Below are positions 12,981 through 24,030 of a stretch of 64,000 nt of DNA, one piece after another (the first letter of the stretch is position 1; each line of letters opens with the position of its first letter). The position numbers were made by a program, and so were the translations under genes. Location of the stretch: NCBI RefSeq assembly GCF_044704955.1, contig NC_091980.1, positions 26,784,001-26,848,000 of the forward strand, read 5' to 3'. The notes below the pieces were generated by a model that did no database searches, was not told the origin of the DNA, and saw only the letters and a list, made by a program, of their open reading frames with translations. This DNA comes from Pristiophorus japonicus. Its lineage: Eukaryota.

Positions 12981-14139
12981 CTGATGGCGGCATGGCTCGC
13001 ATTGTACGAGTCTTGGCCAGGAGTGTTGCAATTGTGGAGGAGAGGCATGAACCAGGTGCATAGCGGATAGCCCTTATCTCTGAACAGCCAGCCACGAGCT
13101 TCATTTGGAGGCTGGAACAGAGCTGGCACACTGGTCTGACGCAGGATGAAGGCACCGTGGCAGCTGCCAGGATAGCGGGCATTGACGGTCATTATTTTAT
13201 GTGTGTGATCGTACACCAACTGTACATTCAGTGATAGCCGTTGCGGTTACGGAAGATCACTGGATTGTGCCGCAGTGCCCGCAAAGCGAATTGGCTGCAG
13301 TCAATAGCACCCTGCACCATGGGGAAGCCCACTGTCCTGGGAAAGCCACATGCACACTCATGCTGCTTCTCTCTGCTCATGGGGAAGGAGATGTAGCCCC
13401 TCCTCCTTCTGTACAGAGTATCTGTGACCTCGTGGATGGAGCAATGGTCGCGAAACTGAGAGATGTTGGCGATGGCTCCTGTCGCACCCTGGAAGGGTCC
13501 ATTGGGCATAGAAATTGAGCACGATGGTGACATTGACTGCCACTGAGAGAGCCGTCCTCACCCTCGTCTGAGGCTCGAGATCTCATTGCAGAAGATGGCA
13601 GAGCTCTGTGATCACATCCTTCCTGAAACGCAGCCTTCGCACACACTGTTTCTCACTGAAATTTATGCAGGAGAACTGCTGGTGGAATACCCTGGGAGAG
13701 AAAGGCCTTCTGTTGGATGTGCTTCTCCCTGTGGTTCTGGATGTGCTGCTCTGTGCCTCTCCATTTCCCTCTCCTTTCCTTATAATTGTGCCTCTCCCTG
13801 TGGCATGCTTCATGGCTTTTTCCATAGACTTCTTCATGGGCCTCTCCTAGTTGTAGCATTTCTCTCTCACTCTCCTGATGCCATTTCCTCTGTAATTGGC
13901 AGTGCCATTGTCTTCAGCGAAGCATCCTCTAATGGTGAAGTTGGAGCAGGCGGTCGACTGCCACCACAGACCACAAGAAGTGACATAAATGGTACAAAGT
14001 TGAAAGTACCCTGAGTGATACAGGGGAAAAGGTAGGAGATAGCACAATGATTGAGCAAACAATCACTGAGATCGGTTCAGCAGCCACACTGACTAACTGC
14101 TGCAACCAGAGATAGGTAATGGCCAACAAAAAAAAATTT

Positions 14140-14387
14140 GCAATTTCTTCACACAGAGGATCGTGAATCTTTAGAATTCTCTACCCCAGGGAGCCGTGGA
14201 AGCTCACTGATGAATATACTCAAGACAGTGATCGATAGATTTTTGGATATTAAGGGAATCAAGGAATATGGGGATAGTGCAGGCAAGTGGAATTGAGGTA
14301 GAAGACCAACCATGATCTCATTGAATGTGGAACAGGCTCAAGAGGACAAATGGACTACTCCTGCTCCTATTTCTCATGTTCTTATGT
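14140..14387 (+). mobile_element. CR1 3' end
   Basis: 'aatttcttcacacagagg...aattctctacccc' and a ctcatgttcttatg tail. Confidence 0.7.
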
Positions 14388-14765
14388 GAGGGAACAGCTC
14401 CACTCTACACAAGAAAATGTCTCAGGAAAGACCCGAATCTTATAACACCTGTGTTGGGATCCTTTAATTTGTTCATATTTCTCTATTCCAATATAGACTG
14501 GAATTGCAGTTGCTTTTCTCGATTCATTGATTTAATTCTTTTTTATTCATACATGTGAATCAAAATGAATCCATTGAGTTCACCTTTTTGTTTACATCAG
14601 CTTGTAATGTCACCATTTTATATTTACACCCATGTTCCAGGATAAAAAAAAGGATCACATTCTGCAGTAAAAGCCCACAGGGTGCCTGTGCTCGCTGTAC
14701 TTTGTGTGTAACAGTTTTATATCAGTAACTATTTAATACCTACTGCAAGGTAGCTTTGGACTTAC

Positions 14766-15035
14766 TCTGATCCACATCAACATTTGTGTTTCCAGTGAGA
14801 ACAATGGAGTAATTTTCCTGCACTTCCCATGTATACAAATTCTGATTTTCTGCTCCAACGTGTGTGACAATCAGATAGACTGTGTTATTCAGCTGGATCT
14901 CATCAGTGTTCCTCCTGTCTTGCTGAGATGAGTCTCGTGGTTTCCACTGAAGACTGACTGTATCTGAGAGTCTGGAGATGGTACAACTGAGGGTCATGTC
15001 ACTGCCCATTACAGGCCTCTGTGAATCTGTCTCAA
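14766..15035 (-). pseudogene. Ig-superfamily gene, C2-like Ig exon (270 nt, phase 1-1)
   Basis: tttttacag acceptor and gtaagt donor. Peptide VETDSQRPVMGSDMTLSCTISRLSDTVSLQWKP...LYTWEVQENYSIVLTGNTNVDVDQ has the B-strand Cys and C-strand Trp; the F-strand Cys is replaced by Trp. Confidence 0.8.
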
Positions 15036-15189
15036 CTGTAAAAACAGATAAATGACGTGTAATATAGATTTCCATAAACTTCCTGAATTATTGCTTTCAG
15101 AATTTTCTTTTCACTACAGAACAGTCAGACAAATGCTAACCGGCCGTGCTTAGTGCTGACTATCTAAATTTCCCAGATAGTGTCGACTT

Positions 15190-15490
15190 GTCTCTCTTGG
15201 CCCCTCCTCTTCCTCATCTACTTCCTGCCCCTTGACAACACCATCCAATGACATTGGGTCAGCTTTTACATGTATGGTGATGACACCCAGCTCTACCACT
15301 CCACCACCTCTCTCGATCCTTCCACTGCCTCTGTGCTCTCAAATCGCTTATCTAACATCTAGTCTTAGATGAGCTGCAATTTCCTCTAGTTAAATATTTG
15401 AAAGACGGAAACCATCGTCTTCGACCCTCGCCACGAATACAATATCATCGCCACCAGTTCCCTCTCCCTTCCCGGCCATTGTCTTAGGAA
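15190..15490 (+). mobile_element. L2-type LINE RT fragment in an Ig-gene intron
   Basis: Decayed LGPLLF and 'gatgacacccagctctac' (DDTQLY). Confidence 0.65.
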
Positions 15491-15712
15491 TTTTAGGAGG
15501 ATAGACAAAAAATAGTGTACAAATGCTAATGTTCACAATCAAAATTACTCACCCTTAGTTCTAATGCACAGAGGATTTTTACCCACATGGCTGTTTTTAA
15601 AGAGAGATTCATTCTGGGCTGTGTGATAGAACTGGAAAATCATGACATCATCCCGAGATTCTGTTAGGAATATTGGTGGAATTATTATTGTACCCTTTCT
15701 AGTACTACTTAC

Positions 15713-15910
15713 CTTTAATCCCAAATGCTTCATACTGTTTCAGGATTTGCTTACTGTGACCTTCTCTGTGAAAAGTTCCCAATTGCTTTGTAGTTTGTTG
15801 CCCTGAGTGTGGTCTCCATTCCCAGACAATGGAGCCATTTCCAGGATTGTTTGGCCCTTTCAATACAAAGTTACCTTCCTGATCAAAAAAATAAATATAA
15901 TTCCGGCCTC
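15713..15910 (-). pseudogene. Ig-superfamily gene, shortened V-like exon (198 nt, phase 1-1)
   Basis: ttttcttgcag acceptor and AG|gtaagt donor. Peptide GRNYIYFFDQEGNFVLKGPNNPGNGSIVWEWRPHSGQQTTKQLGTFHREGHSKQILKQYEAFGIK splices in frame to 15035. Confidence 0.7.
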
Positions 15911-16031
15911 CTGCAAGAAAAGAGGAAAAACATTTTAAAATTAGATAGCAACTTCTCAATCCGATCTGTGTAATTATTGTTACTGTAGGCACTTATTACA
16001 ATGGATTGTGGTTTCTCATACATTCTCTCAC

Positions 16032-16105
16032 CTCCCAAAGCTTTAACAAAAAAATGGACATTTATGTAGCAAAGAAACTATTATGAAAGAAACTCTCCAA
16101 GACAC
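16032..16105 (-). pseudogene. Putative leader (signal peptide) exon of the Ig gene, with GTG start and +1 frameshift
   Basis: (V)SWRVSFIIVSLLHKCPFF[+T]VKALG, then GGAG|gtgaga phase-1 donor and a 121-bp intron to the V-like exon. Confidence 0.55.
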
Positions 16106-16269
16106 TTTACAACTTTTTGTGTTAATCTTGATATCGCTCGCAAGTTTCTTATTGTATTTCCTTTATGCAGTTCTTACTATTTTGCTTTGCTGTTCTTCAT
16201 ATCTCTCCCAGTCCCCTAGATCTACACTACTTTTTGCACTTCTCTATGCTCTTTCCTTTAGTTTCATAA

Positions 16270-17017
16270 TGGCCCTGAAATTTCATTCGACCTCTTCCCG
16301 TGGGGAACCGACCTAAAAAAAGCAGAAAAATACGCACTTACCTGCTGCTGCTGCGACTGTTCGAACTTCCCAGCATGAGGCCCAGAGGTGACTGCGCGCA
16401 CAGCTCGTCCACATGGGGACGTGCGCAGGCTGGGATCTAGCGACAGCAGCCAATCAGGTGCAGTATAGTTTCTCATTCATAGCAGTACGGAACTCCTATT
16501 GCTATGAATGAGAACCCCCCCGCCACCGCCAAACACTTAAAAAAACAATAACAAATAGAAAATAAAGTACACAATTAATATGCATTTAAATTAAAGTTGT
16601 TATATAAAAAAATTGTTTTCCGACTTTTTAAAAATATTTTTTTATTAACACGTAAAGTAAACTTACCGTAGTGGGGAGGGTTTTTAAACGTAAAAAGTGC
16701 TTTTATAACTTTATTTTCTATTTGTATGTGTATTTTTAACCACGTGCACCTGTAAAAGTAGGCTTTACGCCTGCTTTTTCAGGCGCAGGATTTTAAAGGA
16801 CATTTGCAGGGCAAAATATTGATAAATATCGGAAATCTTACCCTGCAAGTGTCCTAGCTCCCAAGATACGGCCATCTGTCAAAACCATAAACTTGACAGA
16901 TTGAAAAAGTAGTTTTCCAGCGCATGCACATTGCGCGCTAGAAACCCGGCTTTTCTGATGCCTTCCCGGGTCCGTAGGAAATTCTTACGGACCCGGGACA
17001 TCGGAATTTCAGGGCCA
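16270..17017. mobile_element. Non-autonomous Harbinger-type (MITE-like) element with internal hairpins
   Basis: Terminal inverted repeat tggccctgaaatt / aatttcagggcca, preceded by TAA. Confidence 0.75.
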
Positions 17018-17275
17018 TTTTCTCTCACTTCTTTTGTCGATCAAGGCTGTTTTATTTGGTAAGTAGAGCTCTCGGCCCACAGGAGTATATACTGGTCCTA
17101 CATTAAGCTAAATTTCTTTTTGAACACCTCACACTGATGACAGCAAACTGGTCTACACTGTCATTGAGTATAACGCCTCTGTAATTTTACTGATGACAGT
17201 TTTGACTCGTTGACTGTGGTCAGTCTCTGCCTTACCCTGTTAAAGTTAGATTTACTAAAATTTAGACTCACTAAT

Positions 17276-19121
17276 GGGCCCAAGTTTGCCCCCACGCATA
17301 GAACGGCGCACTTCCGTGGGGTGCGCCGACTTTTTAGAACAAAAATTGCGCCTAAAAGTTACCTTGCTATTCTCCCCGAAGCTGGAACGATGAAGGCCCT
17401 TGACGTAGCGCAGCACAAGGGGTGGGGGGTGGAGCCAGGTCCCTGTGCTGAAAACAGTGCCGGGACCTCTGCACAAGCGTGCTCCTCACCCCCAAATCTG
17501 TGTAGGATGTGCAGGAGGGGCCTGAAGCACGCCGCCCCTAGCCCTGACCGAATGGGTTCCCTGCCGCGACCTGCGGGAACAGTGCCTGCCGCGTTCAGCC
17601 GGGAGTACTATAAAGAACATAAAGTCTGGAATGAGAAAGGGCCATTTGAATCACCAAGCCTGCACCATCCCGAATTCATGCCTTATTGTTGTATCATGGA
17701 ACAAGGAGGGAAGTCAGTGAGCATTTATTTACACAAAGAGTAATGACGTTGTGGAAGAAGTTGCTCGAGAGAGAGAGAGAGAGAGAGCAATAGAGAGTAA
17801 TAATATAAATGAGTTTAAGGTAAGTTTCTGGAGAGAAAATGATTGAAGGGTATGGGGAAAAGCTGGGTTTCTGGGGTTGAGATTCTTTAAAAAGGGATGG
17901 GCTTGTTCCTAAACATGTGTCTGTTCTCCCCCACCCCATGGAGTTGTGGGTTTTTGCATTATTTTCTGAAGAAGCAATTACACTCAGCTTTCTCACAGTG
18001 GCTCAGCCAGTTGGGGGTTTACAATGACAAAGCTAAAAATGTAATGTCGTGCAGACAGTTTCAAATAATTTGATAAACTATACAAAAGTCACTTGAGGGT
18101 GTAAAGATCCTGTGTTACTGGATGTTTAAATTGTTATTGTTTTAAAGCACTTTATGCAGCTTTTATCTCCACCTACCTGTTGCTTGTAAATTTATGTTAT
18201 TTTACCTAGGATTCTGTAAAAGCAATCAATATGGTAAAGGAGGGGCAGTTCTGAAGCACGTCTGATTTAGCAATGCATGAAGCAGTAAGCTTGTAATCCA
18301 AGGCGTACGTTCGGAGGAACTGGCTGCGATAGTTGGTTGTGATTAGGCATGTCAACAGTTAATTAGCAAATTTACTACGTCAAAAAATAGTTATGGTGTG
18401 GGATGGTGTAATCATTTTCAAAACATTATAGTGATATAGTCAATAACAGATGGGGGCTTACTCCTGTCCATCTGCACAACACATTCATCTCCATATGCAT
18501 TTAGGGGCAACAATTAAATGTGGGATTGAGGAATTTCTATATTACAAAATTTTAATGAAATGCAAATCTCTTTGATTATTGCCAAGGGTAACATTAGCAG
18601 AGCCAATTATTCTTCCTCAGGCATTTATTTCTCTGTGGATAGCATAGGAGTGTTTGCAGGAGGAGATTCTTTGATATATTTAAAAAGATTGTTTGTATTT
18701 TGTATTCTTTGGAATTTATAGCATAGTTGCTCTCTTTGTTGTGATAAAGACTATGAACTGCAAATATACTTCTAACTGTTGGATAAGCACTAACTCTCAC
18801 TTCCCTCCCCGCCCCATCTCTGGCTATCTGCGCTGATTTCTTAAGTCTCCACGAGGTGTTTCTGAGCATACAAAAGTGGACAGATGCTGGCCTAAGTTAG
18901 TTTGGAGTAACTTTTCGCTGGCTAAATTTGCTTAAATGGCCAAAACAGGTGTGGGTGGCTGGTAACACCCACTTTTGAAAAAAAAAATGAACTGAAAAGA
19001 AACTGAACTAACTCACTTAAACTGGAGCAAACTAAATGGGGAGAATTACGATTTTTAAGATACGCCAAAAAAAACTAGTTGCTCCAAAAAATAGGAGCAA
19101 CTCCTAGGGAAACTTGGACCC
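17276..19121. mobile_element. Harbinger-type TIR ends (17276-~17600 and ~18780-19121); one element or two half-elements
   Basis: gggcccaagttt at 17276 and aaacttggaccc ending at 19121, with GC-rich subterminal segments. Confidence 0.45.
17767..17787. repeat. (GA)n microsatellite
   Basis: gagagagagagagagagagag. Confidence 0.9.
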
Positions 19122-19149
19122 TACAGTAACTGTGTTAGGTTTGAAAGGG

Positions 19150-20175
19150 AGAAACATAACATTGAATTCAATCATATCATGATTAAATAAATGTACCCTT
19201 ACTATTAGATTATTCACGAACTCAGTCTCATAACCCATTACTAAATCTAGTATGTCCTGCCCCCTTTTAGTTTTTACAGCCTACTAATCCAGAAATCTAT
19301 CTTGAAAGCACTCAAAAAATTTGACTCATTTCTGACTAGAGCTACTCTACTCTTCCTAGCCCATATGAAAATTAAAATCTCCCAATAAAACAACTCGTCT
19401 TTTGCTCATCATCATCATCATCATCATCATAGGCAGTCCCTCGGATTCGAGGATGACTTGCTTCCACTCTAAAAGTGAGTTCTCAGGTGACTGAGGAGTC
19501 CAATCCGGGACCTACAGTCTCTGTCACAGGTGGGGCAGATAGTGGTTGAAGGAAAGGGTGAGTGGGGAGTCTGGGTTGACGCACGCTCCTTCCGTTGTTT
19601 ACGCTTGTTTTCTTCTTATACTCAGCAATGGGACTTGAGGTGCTCAGCGCCCTCCCGGGTGCTCTTCCTCCACTTTGGGCGGTCTTGGGCCAGGAATTCC
19701 CAGGAGTCCATGGGGATGTTGCACTTTGTCAATGAGGCTTTGAGGGTGTCCTTGAGGTGTTTTTTTCTGCCCAGTTGGGGCTCGCTTGCTCTGTCGAAGC
19801 TCCACATAGGGCACTTGCTTTGGGAGACGGGCATATGGACGATGAGGCCCGCCTAATGGAGCTGATCGAGCGTGGTCAATGCTTCGATGCTGGGGATGTT
19901 GGCCTGAGCGAAAACACTGACATTGGTGCGTCTCCTCTACTTTCCTCTCCAATCTCTGAATTAATAATTCTGCCACTTCATTGCTCCTATCAGGAAGCCT
20001 GTAGACAACTCGCATAGCAGTTTTAAGTCCTCTCTTATTGGTCAATTCTAACCACAGAGTAACCATTGATTGCTTTTCCTGAATTCTATCCTATCTTACT
20101 AATGTTTTAATAGTATCTTGCGTCAATAAAGCTACCCCTTCTCCTCTTCCAGTCCCCCTATCCTTCCTAACGATG
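19150..20175 (-). mobile_element. Old CR1 endonuclease fragment containing an RTE 3' end (19407-19932, -) with a (CAT)n tail
   Basis: TLWLELTNKRGLKT..VVYRLP (CR1 EN). RTE part: HLKDTLKASLTKCNIP...; catcatcat run at 19407-19431. Confidence 0.75.
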
Positions 20176-20677
20176 GGAATTACACACATAGAATTCTAAG
20201 GAATGATTTTCAATGAGGTCAGATTTTTGAAGGTTTTATTTTAAAATAGTCTGTGTAAAAATGAAATAGTGGAAGATGTTTTAAAATGGTAACTTCTGCA
20301 TAGAAACAGGATGGATCTGTAACCCAGTGAATGTTCCCTTCTGGTTATGTCAGAATCTAGTGAGTGACACATGGAGATAGTTTCGGTGGAAAAAATTGAG
20401 GGGGGTCAAACGACATGATCCAAGTCTTTAAGATGATGAGGGTGACTGACAATTTAGCTGTGAGCAGGTAGGTTAAATTGAATTATGATTATAAACCTAC
20501 AGGAGCTGGGTCAAAATATGTGATCTGAGGGCAGAGTTGAGATAATAAGCTGTACTGGATTGAAAGGGGTTTATCATGGTCTGTTATCTTGGCTGCATTC
20601 ACAAAATTGATGAAAGGCATCCATTCAAAAGGAAAGGGAAATGTATTCTCCCTATTTTTGCAACGTGGCTAAAGAGG

Positions 20678-21090
20678 AATAAAAACAGAAAATGCTGCAA
20701 AGCCCTCAGACCATCAGACAGTATCTGTGGAGAGAAAAACAAAGTTAATGGGTGGAATTTTAGCTGGGCCCTTTGATGCAAGGGAAACCCGGAAGTCCTG
20801 ATTGATTGACTGGCTTCCAGTCAGGAGGCCACAACCACAGGTAGGTGTGAGCCTGGGAGGACAGGGGGATTTGATCACCGAACCCGGGGACAGGGGTCCA
20901 TCCGATCGCCAGGGCGCACCCCCGTCCCACCTCCGTTAAACTAGGAAGTGAGCAGGTTGGAGGTGGGTTGAGGGTGGCATTCACATAGTTAATATTTTAA
21001 TCTCCCACCTGACCCCAACCCACCCATATTTGGGATTAAAATTCCCTCCACTGTTTCAGGTCGATGAGCTTTCAACAGTCCTGGAAGATG
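20678..21090 (-). mobile_element. Penelope-type short repeat interrupted by a ~300-bp MITE (20750-21049)
   Basis: Left half aataaaaacagaaaatgctg...aaagttaat; right half gtttcaggtcgatgagctttcaacag. MITE TIR gggtggaatttta / taaaattccctcc. Confidence 0.55.
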
Positions 21091-21137
21091 TTAGAGATTT
21101 AACAATTTCTATGCAAGTAGCTCCCTGTTTTCTCTCT

Positions 21138-22112
21138 CTATCCTTTCTTGAATAGCAGGGTTACATTTGTTACCTTCCAATCTGCTGGTACCGTTTTGGA
21201 ATCTAGGGAGTTTTGGAAGATCACAAACAAAGCATGCACAATCACTGCAGCCGCCTCTTTTAGAACCCTAGGATGTAGGCCGTCAGGTCCAGGGGATTTG
21301 TTGGCTTTTAGTCCCCTTAGTTTCTCAAGTACTTTTTCTCTCCTGATTTTAATTGCTTTAAGTTCCTCACTCTCATTAGCCCCTTGGTTCCCCACTATTT
21401 TTGGTATGCTTTTTGTGTCTTCGACAGTGAAGACAGAGAAAAAATATTGGTTTAAATTCTCTGCCATTTCCTTATTCCCCATTATAATTTCTCCTGTCTA
21501 AGCCTCTAACGGTCCCACGCTTACCTTTACTGTTCTCTTCCTTTGTACATGCTCTCCCAATCCTCAGGATTACTATTATTCTTTGCAACATTATAAGACT
21601 CTTCTTTTAATTTAATACTATCCTTAACTTCTTCAGTTAGTCACGGATGGATCGCTTTCCTTGAGAAGTTTTTATTTCTCAATGGAATGTATATTCATTG
21701 AGAATTTTGGAATCTTTCTTCAAAGTTTTACCACTGCTTATCTACTGTCATACCTTTTAATCTAATTTCCCACTCTACCTTAGTCAACTTGCCCCTTGTA
21801 ATTGGCTTTAGTTAATTTTAATCTCTTGTGTTTATTTAAGTATTTCACTCTCAAACCCAATGTGAAATTCTATCATATTATGATTACTCTTCCCCAGAGG
21901 ATCCTTTACTATGAGATTGCTAAATAACCTTGTCTCATTACACAATACAAAATCTAAATAGATTTGTCCCTGGTTGGTTCCATGCTGTGTTGTTCTAGGA
22001 AACTGTCTCAAATGCATTCCATGATTTCATCCTCCAGACTACCTTTGCCAATTTGATTTACCCAGTCTATACGAAGATTAAAGTCCCCTACCTTTGTTAC
22101 AAGCTCCTATTA
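21138..22112 (-). mobile_element. CR1 ORF2 fragment (EN end to start of RT)
   Basis: KSPGPDGLHPRVLKE...WKVTNVTLLFKKG; LDFVLCNE...PLGKSNHNMIEF. Confidence 0.85.
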
Positions 22113-22826
22113 TTTAATAATAAAGGATGACTAAGGATAGTAGAGAGAAAGTATCTTGGCTCAGAAGATCAGGGTGGAGACAAGGAATAACAAGGGGCAG
22201 AAAACAATGGTGGGAGTAGTATATAGGCCTCCTAACAGTAGCTATACCATTGGACAGAATATTAATCAAGAAATAGTAGGAGCTTGTAACAAAGGTAATG
22301 TAATAATCATGGGGGACTTTAATCTTCATATAGACTGTAAAAATCAAATTGGTAAAGATAGTCTGGAAGACGAGTTCATGAAATGCATTCAGGACAGTTT
22401 CCTAGAACAATACATTATGGAACCAACCAGGGAACAGACTATTTTAGATCTTGTATTGTGTAATGAGACAGGGTTAATTAGCAATCTCATAGTAAAGGAT
22501 CCTCTGGGGCTGAGTGATCAGAATATGCTAGAATGTCATGTTACATTTGAGAGTGACTTGCCTAAGTCTGTAACTAGAATCTTAAACTTAAATAAAGCCC
22601 TTTACAGAGTATGAAGGGCGAGTTGGCTAAGGTAGATTGGAAAAATAGATTAAGACGTATGGCAACAGATAAGCAGTGGCTAGCATCTAAAGACATATTT
22701 CATCATTCTCAACAAAAATACATTCCATTGAGAAAAAAAAACTCCACGGGAAAAGTGATCCATCCGTGGCTAACTAAAGAAGATTAAGGATAGCATTAGA
22801 TTGAAAAAAGAAGCTTATAATGTTGC

Positions 22827-23306
22827 AATTGAAACACTGACCACACTCGACCAGCTCCGATGGGCAGGCCACATAGTTCGCATGCCAGACACGAGACTCC
22901 CAAAGCAAGTGCTCTACTCGGAGCTCCTTCATGGCAAACAAGCCAAGGCCAGGCAGCGGAAACGCTACAAGGGAACCCTCAAAGCCTCCCTGATAAAGTG
23001 CGACATCCCCACTGATATTTGGGAGTCCCTGGCCCAAGAACGCACTAAGTGGAGGAAGTGCATCCGAGAGGGCGCGAAGTACCTCGAGTCTCAACGCTGA
23101 GAGCATGCAGAAATCAAGCGCAGGCAGCGGAAAGAGCATGCGGCAAACCAGTCCCACCCACCCCTTCCCTCAATGACTATCTGTCCCACCTGTGACGGAG
23201 ACTGTGGCTCTCATATTGGACTGTTCAGCCACCAAAGAACTCACTTCAGGAGTGGAAACAAGTCTTTCTCGATTCCGAGGGACTGCCTATGATGATGATG
23301 ATGATG
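22827..23306 (+). mobile_element. RTE 3' fragment with (GAT)n tail and 10-bp TSD
   Basis: TSD ataatgttgc at 22817-22826 and 23307-23316; peptide DQLRWAGHIVRMPDTRLPKQ. Confidence 0.9.
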
Positions 23307-23899
23307 ATAATGTTGCGAAGAATAGTAGTAAGCCTGAGGATTGCGAGAGTTTCAGAAACCAGCAAAGAATGACCAAAAAGTTGATAAAAAGAGAAAAATA
23401 AACTATGAGAGAAAACTAGCAAGAAATATAAAAACAGATTGTAAAAGCTTCTACAAGTATGTAAAAAGGAAGAGAGTAGCAAAAGTAAACATTGGTCCCT
23501 TAGAGACTGAGGCAGGAGAAATTATTATGGGGAATAAGGATATGGCAGAAATATTGAAAAAAATTTCACATCTGACTTCACAGTAGAAGACATAAAAAAC
23601 ATATCTAAAATGGTGGAGAACCAAGGGTCGACTGAGAGTGAAAAACTTAATGTAATTAATATAAGTAGAGACAAAGTACTCGAGAAACTAATGGGGCCAA
23701 AAGTTGACAAATCCCTGGACCTGACGGCCGACATCCTAACATTCTAAAAGAGGTGGCTGCAGAGATAGTGGATGCATTGGTTTTGGTCTTTCAAAATTCC
23801 CTAGATTCAAGAATGGTCCCAGTGGATTGGGAGGTAGAAAATTTAACACCGCTATTCAAGAAAGGAGGGAGCGAGAAAACGGAAATACAGGCCAGTTAG

Positions 23900-24030
23900 A
23901 AAAAGCAAAATACTGCGGATGCTAGAATCTGAAATCAAAACAGAAAATGCTGGAAATCTCAGCGGGTTAGGCAGCATCTGTAGAGAGAAATTGAGTTCAC
24001 GTTTCAGGTCGATGACCCTTTATCAGAACT
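23900..24030 (-). mobile_element. 131-bp Penelope-type element with a hammerhead-like 5' end and 12-bp TSD
   Basis: TSD caggccagttag at 23888-23899 and 24031-24042. The minus strand starts AGTT-CTGATAA-AGGGTCATCGACCT-GAAAC-GTG-AACT. Confidence 0.7.

Larger units (their letters stand above)
8887..14130. mobile_element. Disrupted Harbinger transposon: Myb/SANT gene (+, ~9715-9960) and convergent transposase (-, ~13910-12983), invaded by CR1 and Gypsy
   Basis: TIR-like gggccgaaattc at 8887. Myb/SANT peptide FSELELETLVGAVERRRDALF...W...QCRKKFNYL with a gtgagt donor at 9961. Transposase motifs on -: FPMVQGAIDC, RNRNGYH, PGSCHGAFIL, DKGYPL. Confidence 0.75.

Noticed and set aside
12983-13910. HARBI1-like ORFs (also 5594-6430 and 27451-28043) as a domesticated host gene
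   Set aside because: Frameshifted or truncated, paired with Myb/SANT genes and TIRs: transposon relics.
15552-15592. Mini-exon-like MWVKILCALELR with a gtgagt donor on -
   Set aside because: Weak acceptor, it lies between two exons that already splice in frame, and there is no supporting homology.
15749-15760. Internal CACA|gtaagc donor suggesting a CD4/LAG3-style split D1 exon
   Set aside because: No second half-domain exon was found, and the following codons look like a G strand ending in a stronger donor. An internal deletion is simpler, so no CD4/LAG3 symbol is assigned.
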